The notes under the pieces: generated by a model | Database searches by the model: none | Told to the model about the DNA's origin: nothing | Seen by the model: only the letters and a program-made list of their open reading frames with translations | In this document: positions 28,535 through 36,560 of the stretch, piece after piece | Position numbering within the stretch: position 1 is the stretch's first letter | Layout of the letters: each line of letters opens with the position of its first letter | Assembly (NCBI GenBank): GCA_002099625.1 | Contig: GCA_002099625.1_4857.1 | Length of the DNA stretch: 64,000 bases | Direction: 5' to 3' (one strand) | From: Escherichia coli | Lineage (GTDB): Bacteria > Pseudomonadota > Gammaproteobacteria > Enterobacterales > Enterobacteriaceae | Translations under genes and position numbers: made by a program

Positions 28535-29016
28535 TACATCTGGTAAGCACCTACCTTAAAGCCAGCTTTGTCGTAGAGCGACTTCGCGGCAGCGTTACCG
28601 GCGTTCACGGACAGGTGAACAACTGTACACCCTTTTTCCGTTGCGGATTTCTTTACCGCATCCATCAACGCGGTGCCGTAACCTTTACCACGTGCGCTGC
28701 TGCTAACGACCAGTGAGGATACCGACATCATCGTCACACCCTCTTCAGTCATCGTGCGGTATTGCGCAAAGCCATACAAGACACCGTCGTCCACGACCGC
28801 CAGTAAACGACCCCGGAAGCGCTCGGCTAACGATTTAGCCGGCGTAAAACGGACATTAATACCCGTCTCTTTTCGATAGCTTTCTATTTCGCTTTTGTCC
28901 AGCTCGTTATAAAGCGCGAGGATATCTGTGGAATATTTCCTGCCGTTAGCCGTGTCTGGCCCCACTATGGTAATAATCTTCATCAGTTCACCTCGGCCAG
29001 CGATTGCTTCGTCCAC
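28522..29016 (-). CDS. GNAT-family N-acetyltransferase
   Basis: Motif A ARGKGYGTALMDAV and motif B KSLYDKAGF; 164 aa; tandem with 28058..28534. Confidence 0.65.
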   Translation of the reverse strand: MDEAIAGRGELMKIITIVGPDTANGRKYSTDILALYNELDKSEIESYRKETGINVRFTPAKSLAERFRGRLLAVVDDGVLYGFAQYRTMTEEGVTMMSVSSLVVSSSARGKGYGTALMDAVKKSATEKGCTVVHLSVNAGNAAAKSLYDKAGFKVGAYQMYWRV

Positions 29017-30116
29017 TCCATTAGACCCTCCGCCACGCGTACCAACGCCGTGGTGAATGCGTCTTCCATCGCCATTGCATTACGGTAACGTAACGTGGCC
29101 TCCTTCAGCTCATCCCCTTCTAGGTTCTTAAGCTCGGACTTCATCGCTTCCACTTCTTCGTAAATGCCGGTGTAGCCCACAACACGGTTCTTTGTTCCAC
29201 GTGCAGCAATAGATTTGATAAGTGCTTCCACAGCCTCTATTGCTTTCCCACACTGATGCATATCCAGCGATTTAATGGTTTCACCATACTCACCGTCACG
29301 CGCAATTGCCCAACTGACCTTACCACTATGGTGCTCAACCACAACGATATTTCCAGGGACAGGAAAAGCTTCCACCTTTTTAAAGGGATCGATGATGCCA
29401 AGCAACCCAGCAGCACGCTTAACTGCCCAGTTCGTGGACTTGCTGATTTGTTTTAAGCCTGGCCCTTCGAATGCTTTGCTTTTCTTCAGAGCGGTGCGTG
29501 TGTAAACCGTGTACTTTTGCACGACGCCTTCGTACGCATTTGTTTGTTTAGAAAACTTAACACACGCTTCAAAATCGGGTCGATCTTCAAAGCAAACTTT
29601 AGACGTCCAGCTGCTCGTGTGAACGTCGACCGCAGCGAGTGTTTTGTGGTCATCCAATAACGACATTCGTGCTTTGAGCTTATTGAGCTTACGCTCCATG
29701 AAAGCAGCTTTCGAAGTTATTTCTTTCAAACGGTCGGCTTGTTCTTTCGCTAGCGCTTCCGCGAAATCGTAAAAGCGTAATGCGAGCTTTTTCGAAAGTT
29801 TACCCGCGCCCTTTGCGGTTGCGCCTAGTCCAGCACCCACTAACTTTCCAGTACCTTTAACAGCTTTCGCAGTAATGCGCCCTGCTGCGCGATGGATGCC
29901 AGCCCGCGGGTCAGTATCAGTCATAAACTGAGCACGCTCCATCGCTTCGCGCGATTCACGAGCAACCAACATATCTTCACCGTCGTCGGTTAAGCACCAA
30001 CGCTGACGAATCGCGCAAACCGCAGGGAAGTCGGGCTTAACTCCCAGACCTTCGAGTGCGACCAGGCGATCGTAGTCGTCAGTCAGGACTTCTAAATCTA
30101 AATCGAGCGTCGACAT
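28983..30116 (-). CDS. hypothetical protein
   Basis: 377-aa ORF with K/A/G-rich segment. Confidence 0.5.
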   Translation of the reverse strand: MSTLDLDLEVLTDDYDRLVALEGLGVKPDFPAVCAIRQRWCLTDDGEDMLVARESREAMERAQFMTDTDPRAGIHRAAGRITAKAVKGTGKLVGAGLGATAKGAGKLSKKLALRFYDFAEALAKEQADRLKEITSKAAFMERKLNKLKARMSLLDDHKTLAAVDVHTSSWTSKVCFEDRPDFEACVKFSKQTNAYEGVVQKYTVYTRTALKKSKAFEGPGLKQISKSTNWAVKRAAGLLGIIDPFKKVEAFPVPGNIVVVEHHSGKVSWAIARDGEYGETIKSLDMHQCGKAIEAVEALIKSIAARGTKNRVVGYTGIYEEVEAMKSELKNLEGDELKEATLRYRNAMAMEDAFTTALVRVAEGLMEWTKQSLAEVN

Positions 30117-30126
30117 CCCCTGCTCC

Positions 30127-30399
30127 TTACATCCGCGTCAAAGTATAGTAGTAGTTGCGATGTGGCCATCGAACACACAAGGCAAATATCTCTCCCGTAT
30201 CCGGCGTGGTGTAAACTGTCTGAATTGGGTCATTTTCTTGTGGTGCGACTTTCGAATCAAAACCGTGATGTTCCAGGTAATCGAAGAACTCATCTTCAGT
30301 GCCTGGGAACAGACGAAGGCTGGTCACCTTCTTAATCGGTTTTGACGGCGTAGGGAAGAATGCTTCCCACAAACGACGAGCTAAACTGGTAGTTTGCAT
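30127..30399 (-). CDS. hypothetical protein
   Basis: 90-aa ORF. Confidence 0.45.
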   Translation of the reverse strand: MQTTSLARRLWEAFFPTPSKPIKKVTSLRLFPGTEDEFFDYLEHHGFDSKVAPQENDPIQTVYTTPDTGEIFALCVRWPHRNYYYTLTRM

Positions 30400-30429
30400 A
30401 ATAGCGACCTCTGATTAAAGGCAACGTGG

Positions 30430-31029
30430 TCATAATAAGCACAAGCTCTCAAGCCACAGATGTCCTTCAAGCGCATGGTGGTAACAAGGAATACCACACT
30501 GCTTAGCGTATTTCACGCCCATGGCAGTACCGCCGGTCGGATTACCTTGTTTATCTAAAGGCGCAGAGTAATAAACTGCGTCTACAGGCGTTGCTAAATC
30601 ATCGCCCATAATTATATTCAGATTACGGCCATGAAGCGCCCAGGCGAACTCCTGGAGCTTTTCTGGCGCGGGATGAAGCTTACCTACTATCTCACGATAG
30701 CGGTCATCCTGAGGGATTACACGGAACTCTACGTTGGGATTCTGTTTCTTGAGCCAGAGCTTTTTCTCATCGGGTAGGTAACAAATGAACTCATCATCCC
30801 ACACCACTTTCTTGCCGGTATCTTGGTCGATTGTATTCGCCCACTGTCGGGCAAATCGGAATTGCAATTGGTCTGGACCACACCAGCAGCCGCCAGAAGA
30901 AAAATGAATCGTGTAATCCTTGGCGTGCAGCGCATTAAACCCACGTAACAATCGCATGTACATTTCAGACATGGTATCTTCATCAGTCTTCCGAGAACCG
31001 ATTACCGCAATTTTATAAATCTTTTTCAT
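30430..31029 (-). CDS. SLOG/DprA/LOG-like Rossmann-fold protein
   Basis: IAVIGSRK...HFSSGGCWCGPD pattern (GSR plus SGGxxG) typical of DprA/Smf, LOG and SLOG families; 199 aa. Confidence 0.45.
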   Translation of the reverse strand: MKKIYKIAVIGSRKTDEDTMSEMYMRLLRGFNALHAKDYTIHFSSGGCWCGPDQLQFRFARQWANTIDQDTGKKVVWDDEFICYLPDEKKLWLKKQNPNVEFRVIPQDDRYREIVGKLHPAPEKLQEFAWALHGRNLNIIMGDDLATPVDAVYYSAPLDKQGNPTGGTAMGVKYAKQCGIPCYHHALEGHLWLESLCLL

Positions 31030-31062
31030 GGACTTACCTCCTATACGGAGTGGACGATTCGT

Positions 31063-31106
31063 AAGAAAAAAATAAATACCTACCCTCGCTAAACGGGCGA
31101 GGGTAG
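31063..31106 (-). terminator. intrinsic terminator
   Basis: Stem taccctcgc/gcgagggta, A-run on plus strand upstream. Confidence 0.7.
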
Positions 31107-31110
31107 TGTC

Positions 31111-31761
31111 TTAAACAAACACACGATAACGAAAACCGCTAAGCTTCGAGATAGTCACTTCTTCTAACAGCTTACGCCCCCAGAAACCAGCCAAGTCGTA
31201 TTCCAGACCAGGCAGCGTTGTCTTGGTTAAGTCTTGGCCGATATGGTACGGTAGCGTAATACGTGTGCGCGATTCGTAAACAAACGATTCACATTCATAG
31301 ACGAGGATGTATCGATCGGTCAGGATGTCGTACTCTACGTGGCATTGCGCGGGGTTTTCCCACGCCTTACTTACAACGATGCCACGTTCTGCACACGCCG
31401 ATTCAAAACTGGCCATTGCAGGTTCAGACCATACGCGCAAATCGGCCGGTTTACCTTTCGACAAATCAAACCACGTGAGATGATCAGGTCCCAATGTGAT
31501 TATATCATTTAAGCTCAATTTGCGGTAACGCACAACCACATAGTCATCTGGCTTACTCTTATTAGTCAGCAAAGCACTTACACGACCGTCCGGTTCCGGT
31601 GGACCATAACTCTCCACACGGATACGTTCTGTGTTCAGGGGCGTATAAACGGTTTCAGCATTAAAAGCATTGACTAAATCGAGCAAGGTTTGACTATGAT
31701 GGTGGTTAAAGTCAATAACAAAAGACATGCCTCGCTCCTGGTATTTGATTAAGGGGGTCAT
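31111..31761 (-). CDS. hypothetical protein
   Basis: 216-aa ORF. Confidence 0.5.
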   Translation of the reverse strand: MTPLIKYQERGMSFVIDFNHHHSQTLLDLVNAFNAETVYTPLNTERIRVESYGPPEPDGRVSALLTNKSKPDDYVVVRYRKLSLNDIITLGPDHLTWFDLSKGKPADLRVWSEPAMASFESACAERGIVVSKAWENPAQCHVEYDILTDRYILVYECESFVYESRTRITLPYHIGQDLTKTTLPGLEYDLAGFWGRKLLEEVTISKLSGFRYRVFV

Positions 31762-31818
31762 AATACTTCACAGGAAAATAATAAACAGTATAGGGGCCGA
31801 AGCCCCTATACGCTGTGT

Positions 31819-32208
31819 TTAATAATCGTACAAAGGATACCGTGCGGAAATTTCTTTACCTACCCAAAAAGTTAACTGGTGGGTATTAACGCTGCGGTGT
31901 GTTCGTACTGACGGGACAATTTTCGCTTTAACTTTCGGCGAACATGTACCGGCATCTATTGGCTGGTACGTCTTGCGCTTTGTGTTAACGAGATAAAAGC
32001 CACCGCCCGGACACAGTTCAGAACGCCCGTAGTTGACCACGGCAAACTCACCCTTCTCCACTGTCACGACTGGTTCATCTTTGTCGCTAAATTTTACAGG
32101 TGCGTCGGTTTCCCACATCGGTTTATACTGCGGGAAGTCCTGAATGGTAAAGGCGTTTACTGGCGCAGTAACGCAGAGTATAAACACAGCTAATACAGCA
32201 CGCATCAT
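31819..32208 (-). CDS. secreted protein with Sec signal peptide
   Basis: N-terminus MMRAVLAVFILCVTAPVNA-F; 129 aa. Confidence 0.5.
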   Translation of the reverse strand: MMRAVLAVFILCVTAPVNAFTIQDFPQYKPMWETDAPVKFSDKDEPVVTVEKGEFAVVNYGRSELCPGGGFYLVNTKRKTYQPIDAGTCSPKVKAKIVPSVRTHRSVNTHQLTFWVGKEISARYPLYDY

Positions 32209-32210
32209 AT

Positions 32211-32687
32211 CTAGTCCTCTTCCAGATAGGGTAGAAGCCAGTCCATTTTCTCCAAACGGTGAATCATGTTGCGAGTGTTTGGCGATACCTGTAAGGCATC
32301 ATGGAACTGTTTTTTGAAGTGATGCCAGTGATAAGAGAAAGGTTTTGTTGGATAGCCCGCTTCCTTGAGAACTTCTTCCCACTCCAACCTCTGGATAAGG
32401 TGCTCGTCGACCAAAACCTCAACTAAAGCCTTCCAGGCACTCCGACGAAAATGCCGGGACAACCGACGTTTTAAATCGGCATAACTTTTTCTTTTACTGG
32501 ACCGTATTGCTGGTGATGTCTTACTGTGATGAAAAGAACGTCTCGTAAGATTCAGAATCTTAACAGGAGTGCCCCTAAGCGAACTGTCTGCAATATTCAG
32601 TTCATGCTGAGGAACAAGCTCCACACGGCGGATGACGTTTATACGGGTTCCATCCGTATCTCGTGTTTCGTAAGCAACACGTATCAT
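32211..32687 (-). CDS. basic hypothetical protein
   Basis: 158-aa ORF, R/K/H-rich. Confidence 0.5.
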   Translation of the reverse strand: MIRVAYETRDTDGTRINVIRRVELVPQHELNIADSSLRGTPVKILNLTRRSFHHSKTSPAIRSSKRKSYADLKRRLSRHFRRSAWKALVEVLVDEHLIQRLEWEEVLKEAGYPTKPFSYHWHHFKKQFHDALQVSPNTRNMIHRLEKMDWLLPYLEED

Positions 32688-32704
32688 TATACACTCTCGC
32701 TCGT

Positions 32705-33190
32705 TTAGACGAAATGACCTTCTGCCATCGAAAGAAAAATGGGAACGCTTTCGGCGTAATGTGTTAAAAGCTTTTCCTCCGGTGGCGTGTGTGACGAAAT
32801 AACATTGTAGTTCGTCATACGAAAATACCGTTGGCCGTCAGCAGCAATATACCATCGGTCAATCTGGAAGCCTTGTTGGTGAAAGAATCCTAGCGCGGGA
32901 ATGTTGGTCGGGTGAACACGACAGCTGACGTGTTTACGATCGGAGTTCTGCTGAAGATACTTAAGCATAAATCTGCCGACACCGCCCCGGCGCGATTCTT
33001 CGGGCACAACCATATAGACCAAATGGCCAGGTTCCCATGCCATGATTCCCCGCACGATATCATCCTCAACAAACATCGTGAGTTTAATAGGCTCCTCACG
33101 GATACTGTTTAAGTCGCGCACCCATTCAACCAGTTCAGGATAAACATTCGCGGGAATCTTATCCTCGACCACATTAATAACAAGCATCAC
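32705..33190 (-). CDS. GNAT-family N-acetyltransferase
   Basis: Motif A SRRGGVGRFMLKYL and motif B ALGFFHQQGF. Confidence 0.55.
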   Translation of the reverse strand: MMLVINVVEDKIPANVYPELVEWVRDLNSIREEPIKLTMFVEDDIVRGIMAWEPGHLVYMVVPEESRRGGVGRFMLKYLQQNSDRKHVSCRVHPTNIPALGFFHQQGFQIDRWYIAADGQRYFRMTNYNVISSHTPPEEKLLTHYAESVPIFLSMAEGHFV

Positions 33191-33825
33191 TTCTCTCCAC
33201 TAAGCAGGTATCTGGCTTCTGCCAATGACAGGGACGGTTTTAACAGCATGTGTAGCGGCAGGATTGTTGAACGGTGAAACTGTGCCGGTGTTTTTGCCAG
33301 GTGTTCCAGATAGCGATTGACCGACATTTCTTGCCAATCGATAGTAGGACGAACCCAACTTATCTGTAACCATTTCCCCAATGAGACGTCACGCTTACCG
33401 CGTGGCATAATTATACTTAACTTGTACCCGTGGTCAAACTGTCGCGGTGGATGACCCGGCACCCAAGGAACCTCGGGACCTAGCACATCTGTGAGAAACC
33501 CTTCTTTAATTAACACATTTCTGATGGTAGCGAATATCCGTCCTCGTTGCACGGTGATCTCTTTGACATGCGCCATGGCATTTAGTTTACGTTTGGTAAT
33601 CGCAGTAGAGAGTGCACTAACAAACTGCCCTTCAACATACGGCGCGTTCAAACAGCTACGAAACGGCACGACGTAAAACGCTTCCCACAACACTTCTTCA
33701 ACCGCCGACAATAACAACGCTTCTTTCTCAGCTGCAGTAAAATCCACAGACAACATTTTGGTAAACGAACCTAATATAGTGCTAAACGGTAGTAGTACAG
33801 ACCGTTGACGAAATTGTAATTGCAT
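33187..33825 (-). CDS. hypothetical protein
   Basis: 212-aa ORF. Confidence 0.5.
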   Translation of the reverse strand: MQLQFRQRSVLLPFSTILGSFTKMLSVDFTAAEKEALLLSAVEEVLWEAFYVVPFRSCLNAPYVEGQFVSALSTAITKRKLNAMAHVKEITVQRGRIFATIRNVLIKEGFLTDVLGPEVPWVPGHPPRQFDHGYKLSIIMPRGKRDVSLGKWLQISWVRPTIDWQEMSVNRYLEHLAKTPAQFHRSTILPLHMLLKPSLSLAEARYLLSGEK

Positions 33826-33871
33826 TTTTATATTCCTTTTGGTCTTGCTTACACAGTAATTTACGTAGACG

Positions 33872-33917
33872 TAATAAAAAAAATAAGAAGCCTCTTCTCC
33901 CGGAGGAGAAGAGGGCT
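33872..33917 (-). terminator. intrinsic terminator
   Basis: Stem gcctcttctcc/ggagaagagggc, long A-run on plus strand upstream. Confidence 0.75.
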
Positions 33918-33920
33918 TAA

Positions 33921-34493
33921 TTACTCTTTAGGTGCGGTAGTCTGTTGCTTCGCGTTGCTCTTATTCAGCTTATACTCAACGACTTTGGCACCAATGGCCA
34001 TCGAATTGTAAGCAAGCGTCTTAATCGGCCATGTAAAGAACACGGCCTGAGCAAACAAAGGTAAGAGCGCCACAATCAACACATCCGTCAATTCTTGCGG
34101 ATAGTGCAGGTGTGTATCCCAGGCCATTGCTGCGGAGACCAGTACGGTGGTAAGCACCAGTAAAGCGATAAGGACTTTCTGAGGACCTTTTAAATTCGGC
34201 CACAGGGTCAATAACGTTTCTTTGGCGAGCTTTTCATCCATACTCTCCACAGCTGCTTTCGCCTGCGATTCAAACGTCTTCGCCATATTCCCAACCTGTT
34301 CAAGAATCAGGGGGCGCAATGACGTAAGAATCACGTTAGCGGGTTTAGTAACATCAATTTCGACATCACTTCCCAAAGCGGTCTGAGCGGCTGCTTTTAG
34401 TCGGGTGCTCTCTTCCAGGCTTAATTTATTGGTGCCCGCCTGGATAAGAACATCCAACACATCCGTCGAGGCTTCTTGCAAAGACTGCGACAT
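33921..34493 (-). CDS. membrane protein with two predicted TM helices
   Basis: Hydrophobic segments LIALLVLTTVLVSAAMAW and VLIVALLPLFAQAVFFTW. Confidence 0.5.
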   Translation of the reverse strand: MSQSLQEASTDVLDVLIQAGTNKLSLEESTRLKAAAQTALGSDVEIDVTKPANVILTSLRPLILEQVGNMAKTFESQAKAAVESMDEKLAKETLLTLWPNLKGPQKVLIALLVLTTVLVSAAMAWDTHLHYPQELTDVLIVALLPLFAQAVFFTWPIKTLAYNSMAIGAKVVEYKLNKSNAKQQTTAPKE

Positions 34494-34495
34494 CG

Positions 34496-35146
34496 CTATT
34501 TCCTCCGGCGTCTTCCTTTCTGCTTACCGGCCTTAGCTTTAGGAACTTTAACCTTGGGCGGAAGGAGACTATTTAGGTTTAATAAGTTGACCCTGACGAA
34601 GATATTACCCACCGCCACGGCATCGATACTGTGTTCATCCAATACCGATAAGTCGCACCGGGTATGGTTCGCGTAGAGTTTGGTCACCGCTTGTTGCATA
34701 TGCGATTTATCTGTACCCTTTGCTTCCACACCAACGTACGACTTCACAATAATAGGATTAAACCCATGGAGATATTTTTCGGGAAACACGTCCCAAAGCG
34801 TTCGCCGCAACATCAGTTGCAATTCCACCCCAGATTCGTACGCTGAGAGCTTAGCTCTTCGCATGAACGGAGTTTCGGTAGCGACAAAAGTCGGCCTTGC
34901 CAGTTTTAAAAACTCACGAAAGCGTTCTTCTAATTCTACCAAACGCGCATCGCGTTTCCCTACGCACTCACCAAAAGAGCCATTGTGCGTAGGGTCCGCA
35001 ACATGAGCCGTGCCCGCCCAGACAACTTCACCTTGAGGTTGGCCAAATTCCCAGTCGATAACCGCCATCCCAAGATGGGCAGTACCGGGGTCAACAGCCG
35101 CAATCCTCACCATACTGTCGGGTAACCTCGGCTCAGGAATCAGCAT
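34496..35146 (-). CDS. RuvC-like Holliday junction resolvase
   Basis: IAAVDPGTAHLGMAV (catalytic Asp region), ATETPF and DAVAVG motifs; basic C-terminal tail; start may be ATG 35113. Confidence 0.55.
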   Translation of the reverse strand: MLIPEPRLPDSMVRIAAVDPGTAHLGMAVIDWEFGQPQGEVVWAGTAHVADPTHNGSFGECVGKRDARLVELEERFREFLKLARPTFVATETPFMRRAKLSAYESGVELQLMLRRTLWDVFPEKYLHGFNPIIVKSYVGVEAKGTDKSHMQQAVTKLYANHTRCDLSVLDEHSIDAVAVGNIFVRVNLLNLNSLLPPKVKVPKAKAGKQKGRRRRK

Positions 35147-36033
35147 CAGTTAGCTGTCCCTAAAAACCACGGTGCCGGCTGGCCGATACGGATGGTCAGT
35201 GACAGACGATCGTTGGTCTGTGCCAGGTTAGTGAACAGGGAGATGTAGTACAACGCCTGCACACCGATAGCTTCGTCGTAGCTGAACTGTGAACCGGTAG
35301 CCGACTCACCCGTTTCAGGGGTATCAACGCCAGAGCACAGCGCAATTTCAGAGATAATCGAACTGCGTGGCGTACCACGTAGAATCGCCGTCACGTTCAT
35401 GTATTCCTGAACATCAAACTCAGTCCATGGAATCACCAGGTCCGCGCCCGATTCAACATAACGACCGTCGGGGATCTCTACAGTGCCGTCATCGTCGTAA
35501 TCGTAGTCTGGGAGTTCTTTCGGTACCGGGTTCAGTTCCGCATCGGTATAGACGAAATCTTTGACGGTTTCAACACCGTTTTCGCGAGTGATATCCAGGT
35601 CAGTGGTCTTCACTGCGCGCATGTCGATACGTTTCAGATAATACGCCCAGTAATCCCGCGCGCCGATAGTTTCACGAGTACGGAAAGCGTACTGTTTACG
35701 TTGCTCATCAGATAAGTCATTATCCAATGTACGCAGTACCAATGGAACGCGCGAGAACATCCCTGACGTAATCGGGGATTTCGCGACAGGAACAACGTCT
35801 GCCACAACATCAGACTGATCAACGATGTGACCACGGTTACCCACGCACATGTATCCTAAATGCGGACGTGTAGCGCCATCGGGAACTTTCGAGGTCATGA
35901 GTTTATAAAACTCGTTCATCGTGGATTTCTGTGGGTACTGCACGTCAGCACCTGTCAATAACGCGGTCGTAAGTCGCATCGCGTTAAGAGTCACTGTTGA
36001 CAGTTTACCGTCGTAAACTTTGGTGTTAGCCAT
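35146..36033 (-). CDS. hypothetical protein, possible virion protein
   Basis: 295-aa ORF. Confidence 0.5.
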   Translation of the reverse strand: MANTKVYDGKLSTVTLNAMRLTTALLTGADVQYPQKSTMNEFYKLMTSKVPDGATRPHLGYMCVGNRGHIVDQSDVVADVVPVAKSPITSGMFSRVPLVLRTLDNDLSDEQRKQYAFRTRETIGARDYWAYYLKRIDMRAVKTTDLDITRENGVETVKDFVYTDAELNPVPKELPDYDYDDDGTVEIPDGRYVESGADLVIPWTEFDVQEYMNVTAILRGTPRSSIISEIALCSGVDTPETGESATGSQFSYDEAIGVQALYYISLFTNLAQTNDRLSLTIRIGQPAPWFLGTAN

Positions 36034-36553
36034 TTAAAAATTCTCCTGGGCGAAACCCGTCGAGTGCCCGTTTAGTTACCAGCTGCGCCAGCTTACGGGG
36101 AGTTGGGTCAACAAAAGTAATCGCAATCGTGCCTTTGAAAGATAGATGGTGCGGGATTAAGCGCGCCTCATACGATTCCATTTCCGGGGTAATCGGTTCA
36201 ACCATGATATCGTAGGTGTCAAGCTGGAGACCCAGCTCATCGACAATATACGGAACTAATTCATGGCTCCATTCTGCCGCACCCTTCGGGACTTCAACCG
36301 TTACGTCTTTAAGTAACTTGTTTAAGTCCGCACGAGTCAGGTAAAACTCTTGGGTGCCGTGTACCCCATTTACAAAGCGCGCCGCAACTTTAGACTCCAC
36401 ACCTTTAGCGCGTCGCTCTGCTTGGGTTAACGGCCACACCCCACGTGGGTTAAACTCGTAGTTATTTTCACTATACGATAACTTAAAAACGTAATTGATT
36501 CTCTCAACCAGAATCTGTTTCGGGGTTTTTGATAAATCTATACGGTATCCCAT
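36026..36553 (-). CDS. hypothetical protein
   Basis: 175-aa ORF. Confidence 0.5.
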   Translation of the reverse strand: MGYRIDLSKTPKQILVERINYVFKLSYSENNYEFNPRGVWPLTQAERRAKGVESKVAARFVNGVHGTQEFYLTRADLNKLLKDVTVEVPKGAAEWSHELVPYIVDELGLQLDTYDIMVEPITPEMESYEARLIPHHLSFKGTIAITFVDPTPRKLAQLVTKRALDGFRPGEFLNG

Positions 36554-36560
36554 AAGTCTC

